34,300 nt of DNA from a virus. Lineage: Duplodnaviria > Heunggongvirae > Uroviricota > Caudoviricetes. Of the stretch, positions 26,488 through 34,300 are shown in pieces. The notes under the pieces are model-generated. The model searched no databases and had not been told where the DNA came from. It was given only the letters and a program-made list of their open reading frames with translations. The stretch lies in IMG/VR virus record IMGVR_UViG_2778261246_000006; one strand, written 5' to 3'. A program made the position numbers and the translations under genes. Position 1 is the first letter of the stretch. Each line of letters opens with the position of its first letter.

Positions 26488-29400
26488 TAACAACCTGCGT
26501 CTGCAGGTCATTCTTAATGCGGTTGACAAGCTCACCCGCCCATTTCGATCTGCGCAGGCCAGTTCAAGAGAACTGGCTGCTGCTGTCAAAAAATCCCGCG
26601 ATGCAATAAAGCAGCTTGATCAGGCCGGGAGCAGTCTGGACAGCTTCCGAAAGCTGCAGGCAGAAAATCAGAAATTAGGCGACAGGCTGAACTATGCCCG
26701 CCAGCGTGCAAATTTGCTCAGTCAGGAACTGGGAGCGATGGGGCCGCCTTCGCAACGTCAGGTTGTTGCTCTGGGCCGTCAACGGCTGGCTGTTCAGCGC
26801 CTGGAAGAACGCCAGAAAAAGCTGCAGCAGCAGACGGCGCTTGTGCGTGCTGAACTGTACCGGGCGGGAATTTCTGCGAAAGACGATGCGGGAGCAACTG
26901 CCCGTTTAGCCCGTGAAACATCACGTTATAACCAGGAACTTTCGAAACAGGAGGCGCGGCTGAAGCGACTGGGGGAAGCTCAGCGCAGGATGAATGCAGC
27001 GCGTGCCAGTTATGCCCGTTCGCTGGAGGTGCGTGATCGTATTGCAGGTGCCGGAACCACTACCACGGCTGCAGGACTGGCAATGGGCGCACCAGTGATG
27101 GCGGCAGTAAAAAGCTATACCAGCATGGAAGATGCCATGAAAGGTGTGGCAAAGCAGGTCAATGGTCTGCGTGACGATAATGGCAACCGCACTGCACGTT
27201 TTTATGAAATGCAGGATGCCATCAAGGCTGCCAGCGAACAGTTGCCGATGGAAAACGGTGCGGTGGATTTCGCTGCACTGGTTGAAGGTGGTGCGCGCAT
27301 GAACGTCGCAAACCCTGACGACAGTTGGGAAGATCAGAAACGTGACCTGCTGGCCTTCGCCAGTACGGCAGCAAAGGCGGCAACAGCCTTTGAGCTGCCA
27401 GCGGATGAACTGTCAGAAAGTCTGGGGAAAATCGCCCAGCTCTACAAAATCCCCACCCGCAATATTGAACAGCTCGGTGATGCGCTGAACTATCTGGATG
27501 ATAACGCCATGTCGAAAGGGGCAGACATCATTGATGTGATGCAACGTCTGGGCGGTGTGGCTGACCGTCTGGATTATCGTAAAGCGGCGGCGCTGGGTTC
27601 CACCTTCCTGACACTGGGCGCTGCGCCAGAGGTTGCAGCCAGTGCAGCAAACGCGATGGTGCGTGAATTGTCCATTGCCACCATGCAAAGCAAAAGTTTC
27701 TTTGAAGGGATGAATCTGCTGAAACTCAATCCTGAAGTGATTGAAAAGCAGATGACGAAGGATGCGATGGGAACCATCCAGCGCGTGCTGGAGAAGGTAA
27801 ACGCGCTGCCGCAGGACAAGCGCCTGTCTGCCATGACTATGTTGTTTGGTAAAGAGTTTGGCGATGACGCGGCGAAACTGGCAAACAACCTGCCGGAACT
27901 GCAGCGTCAGTTAAAACTGACAGCGGGCAATGATGCGCTCGGCTCCATGCAGAAAGAATCCGACATTAACAAGGATTCACTTTCTGCGCAGTGGTTGCTG
28001 GTCAAAACCGGAGCGCAGAACACCTTCAGCAGCCTGGGCGAAACGCTGCGCCAGCCGCTGATGGATATTCTGTACACGGTGAAAAGCGTCACGGGGGCGT
28101 TGCGTCGCTGGGTGGAAGCTAACCCGGAACTGACAGGCACACTGATGAAAGCATCGGCTGTTGTGGCTGCGGTTACCGTCGGCCTCGGCACCTTAGCGGT
28201 GGCGCTGGCTGCAGTGCTGGGGCCGCTGGCAGTGATCCGTCTGGGATTCTCTGTGCTGGGTATCAAAACGTTATCTTCCGTTACGGCAGCAGTAACTCGA
28301 ACCAGCAGCGCGTTGTCCTGGCTGGCTGGCGCACCACTGGCACTGCTGCGACGCGGGCTTGCTTCATCGGGCAACGCCGCAGGTTTACTTACTGCGCCGT
28401 TGTCGTCTTTGCGCCGCACGGCATCACTGATGGGAAATGTCCTGAAAACTGTAGCAGGTGCGCCGGTTGCACTTTTGCGGTCTGGATTATCCGGTTTACG
28501 TGCTGTTGCTGTGATGTTTATGAATCCTCTGGCGGTACTGCGCGGTGGACTGGCCGCCGCAGGCACGGTGCTGCGAGTACTGGCATCTGGTCCACTGGCG
28601 ATGCTGCGCGTTGCCCTGTATGCCATATCTGGTCTGTTAGGTGCTCTGCTCAGTCCGATAGGTCTTGTGGTTACTGCACTGGCGGGCGTGGCGCTGGTTG
28701 TCTGGAAATACTGGCAACCCATCACCGCATTTCTCGGTGGCGTGGTGGAAGGATTCAAAGCGGCGGCAGGTCCCATCAGTGCAGCGTTCGAACCGCTTAA
28801 GCCCGTGTTCCAGTGGATTGGCGACAAAGTGCAGGCGCTGTGGGGCTGGTTTACTGATCTGCTGACGCCCGTTAAGTCGACCTCTGCCGAACTGCAGAGC
28901 GCAGCGGCAATGGGGCGGCGATTCGGGGAGGCACTGGCGGAAGGGCTGAATATGGTCATGCATCCGCTGGACTCCCTGAAATCCGGCGTTTCCTGGTTGC
29001 TGGAGAAGCTCGGCATTGTCAGTAAAGAGGCCGCAAAGGCAAAACTGCCGGAAAGCGTGACGCGTCAGCAACCTGCGACGGTGAATGCAGACGGTAAAGT
29101 GATGATGCCATCGGGTGGTTTTCCATCATGGGGATATGGCTTTGCGGGGATGTATGACAGCGGCGGGTATATCCCGCGCGGGCAGTTTGGCATCGTCGGT
29201 GAAAACGGGCCGGAAATTGTTAACGGCCCGGCAAATGTGACCAGCCGGAGAAATACAGCTGCACTGGCTGCCGTTGTTGCCGGAATGATGGGCGTTGCTG
29301 CCGCGCCAGCAGAGCTTCCACCGTTGCACCCTTTGGCACTTCCCGCGAAAGGTGGAGAAGCAATTGTGAGTCGCGCAGCCACTGTGCCGCTCGTTCAACG

Positions 29401-29557
29401 GATTGAGGCACCGACGCAGATCATCATTCAGACGCAGCCAGGACAAAGTGCGCAGGATATTGCGCGGGAGGTGGCACGCCAGCTTGATGAACGTGAACGC
29501 AGGCTGAAGGCAAAAGCCAGGAGTAACTACAGCGATCAGGGGGGATACGACGCATGA
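26480..29557 (+). CDS. T: Tail tape measure protein T
   Basis: 1025 aa, Ala/Leu-rich helical, Gly/Ala/Leu-rich hydrophobic repeats in the centre. Confidence 0.9.
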   Translation: MSDNNLRLQVILNAVDKLTRPFRSAQASSRELAAAVKKSRDAIKQLDQAGSSLDSFRKLQAENQKLGDRLNYARQRANLLSQELGAMGPPSQRQVVALGRQRLAVQRLEERQKKLQQQTALVRAELYRAGISAKDDAGATARLARETSRYNQELSKQEARLKRLGEAQRRMNAARASYARSLEVRDRIAGAGTTTTAAGLAMGAPVMAAVKSYTSMEDAMKGVAKQVNGLRDDNGNRTARFYEMQDAIKAASEQLPMENGAVDFAALVEGGARMNVANPDDSWEDQKRDLLAFASTAAKAATAFELPADELSESLGKIAQLYKIPTRNIEQLGDALNYLDDNAMSKGADIIDVMQRLGGVADRLDYRKAAALGSTFLTLGAAPEVAASAANAMVRELSIATMQSKSFFEGMNLLKLNPEVIEKQMTKDAMGTIQRVLEKVNALPQDKRLSAMTMLFGKEFGDDAAKLANNLPELQRQLKLTAGNDALGSMQKESDINKDSLSAQWLLVKTGAQNTFSSLGETLRQPLMDILYTVKSVTGALRRWVEANPELTGTLMKASAVVAAVTVGLGTLAVALAAVLGPLAVIRLGFSVLGIKTLSSVTAAVTRTSSALSWLAGAPLALLRRGLASSGNAAGLLTAPLSSLRRTASLMGNVLKTVAGAPVALLRSGLSGLRAVAVMFMNPLAVLRGGLAAAGTVLRVLASGPLAMLRVALYAISGLLGALLSPIGLVVTALAGVALVVWKYWQPITAFLGGVVEGFKAAAGPISAAFEPLKPVFQWIGDKVQALWGWFTDLLTPVKSTSAELQSAAAMGRRFGEALAEGLNMVMHPLDSLKSGVSWLLEKLGIVSKEAAKAKLPESVTRQQPATVNADGKVMMPSGGFPSWGYGFAGMYDSGGYIPRGQFGIVGENGPEIVNGPANVTSRRNTAALAAVVAGMMGVAAAPAELPPLHPLALPAKGGEAIVSRAATVPLVQRIEAPTQIIIQTQPGQSAQDIAREVARQLDERERRLKAKARSNYSDQGGYDA

Positions 29558-30039
29558 TGATGGTGCTGGGATTGTACGTGTTTATGCTGCGCACCGTTCC
29601 GTATCAGGAACTGCAGTATCAACGCAGCTGGCGACATGCGGCAAACAGTCGGGTAAACCGACGTCCGTCCACGCAGTTTCTGGGACCGGAAAACGACATG
29701 CTGACGCTTTCCGGTGTTCTTATGCCGGAAATAACAGGCGGCAGGCTGTCGTTGCTGGCACTGGAGCAGATGGCAGAACAGGGGAAAGCATGGCCCCTGA
29801 TTGAAGGCAGCGGCACGATTTACGGCATGTATGTGATTGAGGGACTGAATCAGACTAAAACGGAGTTTTTCCGCGACGGTATGCCGCGCCGGATTGAGTT
29901 CACCCTGTCGCTCAAACGAGTGGATGAATCCCTGTCCGATATGTTCGGTGATCTCAGTGCGCAACTGAATAATCTGCAGGACACGGCAACGTCTGCCTTA
30001 AGCGATATCAGTAAAACGGTGGGAGGGCTGCTGTCGTGA
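29554..30039 (+). CDS. U: Tail protein U
   Basis: 161 aa; overlapping start with T stop. Confidence 0.85.
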   Translation: MMMVLGLYVFMLRTVPYQELQYQRSWRHAANSRVNRRPSTQFLGPENDMLTLSGVLMPEITGGRLSLLALEQMAEQGKAWPLIEGSGTIYGMYVIEGLNQTKTEFFRDGMPRRIEFTLSLKRVDESLSDMFGDLSAQLNNLQDTATSALSDISKTVGGLLS

Positions 30040-31136
30040 ATTTCAGCTCTGAACTGCTTAACAAAGGCAACAAAACTCCCGCATTCAGCATCAGTATTGA
30101 GGGCAGGGATATCACCACTGTGCTGGATAACCGCCTGATGAGTTTGACGCTGACGGATAACCGGGGCTTTGAAGCGGACCAGCTTGATCTGGAGCTGGAT
30201 GACGCTGACGGAAAAATCATGCTGCCGCGCCGTGGTGCGGTTATTACGCTGGCGCTGGGCTGGAAGGGGCAGCCGCTTTTCCCGAAAGGGGCATTCACAG
30301 TGGACGAGATTGAACACACTGGCGCACCGGACCGCCTGACTATCCGGGCGCGAAGTGCTGATTTTCGGGAAACGCTGAATACCCGCCGTGAAAAATCGTG
30401 GCATAAGACCACCGTCGGGGAAGTGGTGAAGGAAATAGCCGCGCGGCACAAGCTGAAGATGGCACTGGGTGAGGACCTGTCGGATAAACCCGTGGAGCAT
30501 ATAGACCAGACTAATGAGAGTGACGGCAGTTTTCTGATGCGGCTGGCGCGCCAGTACGGTGCTATTGCGTCGGTGAAAAATGGCAATCTGTTATTCATCC
30601 GGCAGGGGCAGGGTAAAAGCGCCAGTGGTAAACCACTACCGGTTATCACTATCACACGTAAGGACGGCGACAGTCACCGCTTTACCCTGGCAGATCGCGG
30701 AGCCTACACGGGCGTAATTGCCAGCTGGTTGCATACCCGCGAACCCGCGAAGAAAGAAAGCACCACGGTGAAGCGTAAGCGCAGGACTGCAAAGCAGAAG
30801 AAAGAGCCGGAAGCGAAGCAGGGCGATTACCTGGTGGGTACGGATGAAAACGTGCTGGTACTTAATCGCACTTATGCCAACCGGAGCAACGCCGAACGTG
30901 CGGCGAAAATGCAGTGGGAACGCCTGCAACGCGGTGTTGCGTCATTCTCGCTACAACTGGCGGAAGGTCGGGCAGATCTCTACACGGAAATGCCAGTGAA
31001 AGTCAGTGGCTTTAAACAGCCAATAGATGATGCGGAATGGACCATTACCACCCTGACGCATAATGTCAGCCCGGATAACGGTTTTACGACCAGTCTGGAG
31101 CTTGAAGTGAGGATTGATGATTTCGAAATGGAGTGA
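30036..31136 (+). CDS. D: Tail protein D (late control D family)
   Basis: 366 aa; last structural gene before ogr. Confidence 0.9.
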   Translation: MNFSSELLNKGNKTPAFSISIEGRDITTVLDNRLMSLTLTDNRGFEADQLDLELDDADGKIMLPRRGAVITLALGWKGQPLFPKGAFTVDEIEHTGAPDRLTIRARSADFRETLNTRREKSWHKTTVGEVVKEIAARHKLKMALGEDLSDKPVEHIDQTNESDGSFLMRLARQYGAIASVKNGNLLFIRQGQGKSASGKPLPVITITRKDGDSHRFTLADRGAYTGVIASWLHTREPAKKESTTVKRKRRTAKQKKEPEAKQGDYLVGTDENVLVLNRTYANRSNAERAAKMQWERLQRGVASFSLQLAEGRADLYTEMPVKVSGFKQPIDDAEWTITTLTHNVSPDNGFTTSLELEVRIDDFEME

Positions 31137-31226
31137 TTCTTCGCAATGGAGAACTTTTAAGTTTTCAAAATGGAATAATGCGGTATCATTATTGTGAATT
31201 TAGCAAAAATGGGGAGAGCTCGAAAA

Positions 31227-31445
31227 ATGATGATTTGCCCACTGTGTGGAAGTGCCGCCCATACTCGCAGCAGTTTTCAGGTATCTTCATTGACCAAAGA
31301 GCGTTACAACCAGTGCCAGAACATTAACTGCAGCCATACTTTTGTTACCCATGAAACTTTTGTTCGTTCGATTGCAACGCCAAAAGAGTCAAATCCGGTT
31401 CAGCCGCATCCAATGAAATCAGGACAAGTGGCGCTCTCTCTTTGA
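31227..31445 (+). CDS. ogr: Late-gene transcription activator, Ogr/B zinc-finger family
   Basis: MMICPLCGSAAHTRSS...NQCQNINCSHTF (CxxC...CxxxxC zinc finger); 72 aa from the ATG at 31227. Confidence 0.85.
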   Translation: MMICPLCGSAAHTRSSFQVSSLTKERYNQCQNINCSHTFVTHETFVRSIATPKESNPVQPHPMKSGQVALSL

Positions 31446-31525
31446 CGCTGCCGCCATTTTGTCGCCATCGTTAAAAAACAGTGCTTCTAACATCATGATT
31501 TTAAACGGTATAAATTTCAGACAAC

Positions 31526-31568
31526 AAAAAACCCATCAACCTTGAACCGAAATGGCGGGGTTGATGGG
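31526..31568 (-). terminator. Stem-loop with a T-run on the minus strand; candidate terminator downstream of ybjL, in the expected attR region
   Basis: Perfect 10-bp stem CCCATCAACC / GGTTGATGGG with 17-nt loop, preceded on the plus strand by AAAAAA. Confidence 0.45.
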
Positions 31569-31680
31569 CTCCACAAAATGGGGACATCAAAGAAAAGCAG
31601 TGGCACTAATTAAGACTGATGCCCTGCGGAAAAGTTCTGCGGTTGTGCAAAAAAATTTCATTTTCAGGGCAACTTCAGTT

Positions 31681-33366
31681 TTATCCTAATCCTGGCCATA
31701 CCATGACGATGATTGTCCCTGCCAGCGTCAGCAGGACGTTGGCGATTGCATAGGTGCCCGCATAGCCCAGCGCCGGGATGTTACTGCGAGCTGTATCACT
31801 GATGATCTCCATTGCCGGCGCGCAGGTACGTGCGCCCATCATTGCGCCGAACAACAGTGCGCGGTTCATTCGCAATACATAAGCACCGAACAAGAAACAG
31901 ATAACCACGGGCACCAGACTGACAATCAATCCGGCAATCAACATCTGACCGCCAATCGCGCCCAGGCCGTTATTAATACCGCTACCGGCGCTCAGACCAA
32001 CGCCTGCCATAAACACCATCAAGCCGAACTCTTTCACCATGCTTAATGCACCTTGCGGAATGTAACCGAAGGTCGGGTGGTTAGCACGCATAAAGCCCAG
32101 CATAATTCCGGCGAATAACAACCCGGCAGCGTTCCCCATGCCGAAACTGAATGTGCTGAACTGGAAGGTGATCATCCCGATCATCAGCCCAATAACAAAG
32201 AAGGCGCAAAATGCCAGCAGGTCAGTGACCTGGCTGTGAATCGAGATAAAGCCGATGCGATCGGCGATGGTTTTTACGCGACGGGCATCACCGCTGACTT
32301 GTAAAACGTCACCTTTGTTAAGCACGACGTTGTCATCTATCGGCATCTCAATCTGGCTACGAATGACGCGGTTAAGGAAGCAACCGTGATCGGTCAACTT
32401 CAGTTGTGCGAGACGTTTACCTACAGCGTTATGGTTTTTAACGACCACTTCTTCAGTGACGATACGCATGTCGAGAAGGTCACGATCGAAAACTTCTTTA
32501 CCGTTACGGAAGCTGGGATCGAGTCGGGCATGGGCGTCGGGATAGCCTACCAACGCTATTTCATCGCCCATTTGTAGCACGGCATCACCGTCTGGATTTG
32601 CCAGAATCCCGTTACGTCGAATACGTTCAATGTAGCAGCCGGTTTGTCGATAAATACCCAGTTCACGCAGATTTTTGCCGTCGGTCCAGGCCACCAGCTC
32701 CGGGCCGACGCGATAGGCGCGGATCACCGGTAAATAAACCTTACGGTTGGCATCAGTGTCCAGGCCACGTTCGCGGGCGATTTGCTGGGCGCTGGTCTGT
32801 AAGTCCTGATGCTGCAATTTCGGCAAGTAACGCGCACCAACAATCAAACTCACCAGACCGATTAAATAGGTTAAGGCATACCCGAGGCTCAGATTATCCA
32901 GTGCCAGTGAGAGCTGCCTGCTTTCCATGCCGAAATGACGCAGTGTATCGCCAGCACCGACCAGAACCGGTGTCGACGTCATAGAGCCTGCTAACATACC
33001 GGCCGTCAGGCCAATATCCCAGCCAAACAGCTTACCTAACCCTAAGGCGATCACCAGCGCACTGCCAACCATCACCAGTGCTAACATTAGGTAATTTTTC
33101 CCATCGCGAAAAAAAATGGAAAAAAAGTTCGGTCCGGCTTCGACCCCGACGCAGAAAATAAACAGCATAAAGCCAAGATTAAGCGCATCGGTGTTAATGC
33201 TGAAATGTTGTTGGCCTAATAACAGCGATACGACTAAAACGCCAATGGAATTACCCAGTTGGATCGAACCAAGTCGTAACTTTCCGAGACATAGCCCAAG
33301 CGCGAGGACCACAAATAATAACAGAATGTAATTCCCATTTAACAATTCGGCGACGTTTATATTCAC
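31681..33366 (-). CDS. ybjL: Putative transport protein YbjL (AAE-family transporter, 561 aa); host gene
   Basis: 561-aa polytopic membrane protein with a central soluble region; recognised with flanking ybjM and grxA as the E. coli ybjL-ybjM-grxA locus. Confidence 0.85.
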   Translation of the reverse strand: MNINVAELLNGNYILLLFVVLALGLCLGKLRLGSIQLGNSIGVLVVSLLLGQQHFSINTDALNLGFMLFIFCVGVEAGPNFFSIFFRDGKNYLMLALVMVGSALVIALGLGKLFGWDIGLTAGMLAGSMTSTPVLVGAGDTLRHFGMESRQLSLALDNLSLGYALTYLIGLVSLIVGARYLPKLQHQDLQTSAQQIARERGLDTDANRKVYLPVIRAYRVGPELVAWTDGKNLRELGIYRQTGCYIERIRRNGILANPDGDAVLQMGDEIALVGYPDAHARLDPSFRNGKEVFDRDLLDMRIVTEEVVVKNHNAVGKRLAQLKLTDHGCFLNRVIRSQIEMPIDDNVVLNKGDVLQVSGDARRVKTIADRIGFISIHSQVTDLLAFCAFFVIGLMIGMITFQFSTFSFGMGNAAGLLFAGIMLGFMRANHPTFGYIPQGALSMVKEFGLMVFMAGVGLSAGSGINNGLGAIGGQMLIAGLIVSLVPVVICFLFGAYVLRMNRALLFGAMMGARTCAPAMEIISDTARSNIPALGYAGTYAIANVLLTLAGTIIVMVWPGLG

Positions 33367-33635
33367 GGAGGCTAACTTCTTGTTTACTAGTAAGCTGTTG
33401 AAAGAAATGGTAATTTACGATAATGTTTTTTACCAGAATTCAGGGCGCAGATTCATTCAGCGCACCTAAACGATAGTAAAGTAACAATATATTTTACTAG
33501 TGTAATCACATTAGGTATCAACGGCTATATGAATTGCGTTGGCCTATATTAGCATGGAATGCGAAGCGGCTTTATCTTACTGAACGCCACACTGGCGAAA
33601 AATGTGTTCGATAGACGCAGTGTCAGGAGGAACGA

Positions 33636-34013
33636 GTGAAACATAAACAACGTTGGGCGGGGGCAATCTGCTGTTTTGTCCTCTTCATTGTGGTGTGCCT
33701 TTTTCTGGCGACGCACATGAAAGGCGCTTTTCGGGCTGCCGGGCATCCTGAAATCGGCTTGCTGTTTTTCATTCTTCCTGGAGCAGTTGCCAGTTTCTTT
33801 TCACAGCGTAGAGAAGTCCTGAAACCTCTATTTGGCGCAATGCTGGCGGCACCCTGTTCAATGCTTATTATGCGGCTGTTTTTTTCACCGACCCGCTCAT
33901 TCTGGCAAGAGCTGGCATGGTTACTAAGCGCGGTGTTCTGGTGTGCGCTGGGGGCACTGTGTTTCTTATTTATCAGTAGTTTGTTTAAACCACAGCACAG
34001 AAAAAATCAGTAA
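33636..34013 (+). CDS. ybjM: Inner membrane protein YbjM (125 aa); host gene
   Basis: Four hydrophobic segments; conserved neighbour of grxA. Confidence 0.8.
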   Translation: MKHKQRWAGAICCFVLFIVVCLFLATHMKGAFRAAGHPEIGLLFFILPGAVASFFSQRREVLKPLFGAMLAAPCSMLIMRLFFSPTRSFWQELAWLLSAVFWCALGALCFLFISSLFKPQHRKNQ

Positions 34014-34036
34014 AGCCCTCAACGCGAGGGCTTGTC
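34014..34036. terminator. Bidirectional terminator hairpin between ybjM and grxA
   Basis: AGCCCTC aacgc GAGGGCT between convergent genes. Confidence 0.55.
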
Positions 34037-34042
34037 AGACGA

Positions 34043-34300
34043 TCAGGCGTCCAGATTTTCTTTCACCCATGCAGCAAAATCGGTATAGCCGCCGATATGT
34101 TGCTGATCGACAAAAATCTGCGGCACGGTTTCTACGGGTTTACCTGCCTTTTGTTGTAGATCTTCTTTAGTGATCCCTTCCGCACGAATATCTACATACT
34201 GATACTGAAAATCATCGCGTTCATTGCTCAATTTCTCAGCCAGATCTTTTGCACGCACACAGTAAGGGCAACCCGGACGACCAAAAATAACGGTTTGCAT
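34043..34300 (-). CDS. grxA: Glutaredoxin 1
   Basis: 85 aa with CPYC active site (MQTVIFGRPGCPYCVRAK...); start codon at the window end. Confidence 0.9.
   Translation of the reverse strand: MQTVIFGRPGCPYCVRAKDLAEKLSNERDDFQYQYVDIRAEGITKEDLQQKAGKPVETVPQIFVDQQHIGGYTDFAAWVKENLDA

Larger units (their letters stand above)
1..31680. mobile_element. P2/186-like prophage; left end (attL) lies outside the window, right boundary somewhere between ogr stop and ybjL stop
   Basis: Contiguous, syntenic set of P2-family genes (int through ogr) in canonical order, followed by host genes ybjL-ybjM-grxA. Confidence 0.85.

Noticed and set aside
28200-28700. Possible tandem nucleotide repeat or CRISPR-like array in the middle of T
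   Set aside because: The repetitiveness is at protein level (recurring Ala/Leu/Gly-rich hydrophobic peptides), is in frame within T, and lacks the regular direct-repeat/spacer structure of a CRISPR array.
27907-29016. 369-aa minus-strand ORF (and several shorter ones) inside tape-measure gene T
   Set aside because: Antisense to T; Ala/Ser/Pro/Arg-rich low-complexity translation characteristic of the reverse frame of GC-rich coding DNA.
29850-30655. Two overlapping minus-strand ORFs of about 215 aa inside tail genes U and D
   Set aside because: Antisense to conserved tail genes; low-complexity, no start context.
31446-31680. tRNA gene as integration target at the right prophage end
   Set aside because: No cloverleaf-compatible sequence or conserved tRNA T-loop/D-loop motifs recognised; the hairpin at 31532-31568 has a 10-bp stem and 17-nt loop, not tRNA-like.

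Overview
The window is almost entirely one P2/186-like temperate myovirus prophage, running from the integrase stop codon at position 1 to the ogr/B-type late activator at about 31.4 kb, followed by host chromosome (ybjL, ybjM, grxA). All gene identifications are by eye from the six-frame translations and family recall; no database search was run. Gene order is int, CI, Apl/Cox-like, CII-like, small early ORFs, a phage Dam methylase and replication protein A; then a variable low-GC cargo island; then Q, P (minus strand), the O-N-M-L-X capsid genes, a lysis cassette, tail/baseplate genes R-S-V-W-J-I-H-G, an invertible tail-fibre segment with a Pin-type invertase, then FI-FII-E/E'-T-U-D-ogr. The most interesting region is the cargo island between A and Q (about 7.2-9.4 kb), the position occupied by old/tin in P2. 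It holds a LexA-box-controlled tum/DinI-like module, an AT-rich 239-aa protein with an N-terminal HNH nuclease motif fused to an unrecognised C-terminal domain, and a translationally coupled pair of small genes. These are candidate anti-phage or lysogenic-conversion cargo, not proven. A second candidate moron is a small secreted cysteine-rich peptide between CI and int. No CRISPR array, tRNA, rRNA or IS element was seen. attL lies left of the window; attR should lie in 31446..31680.
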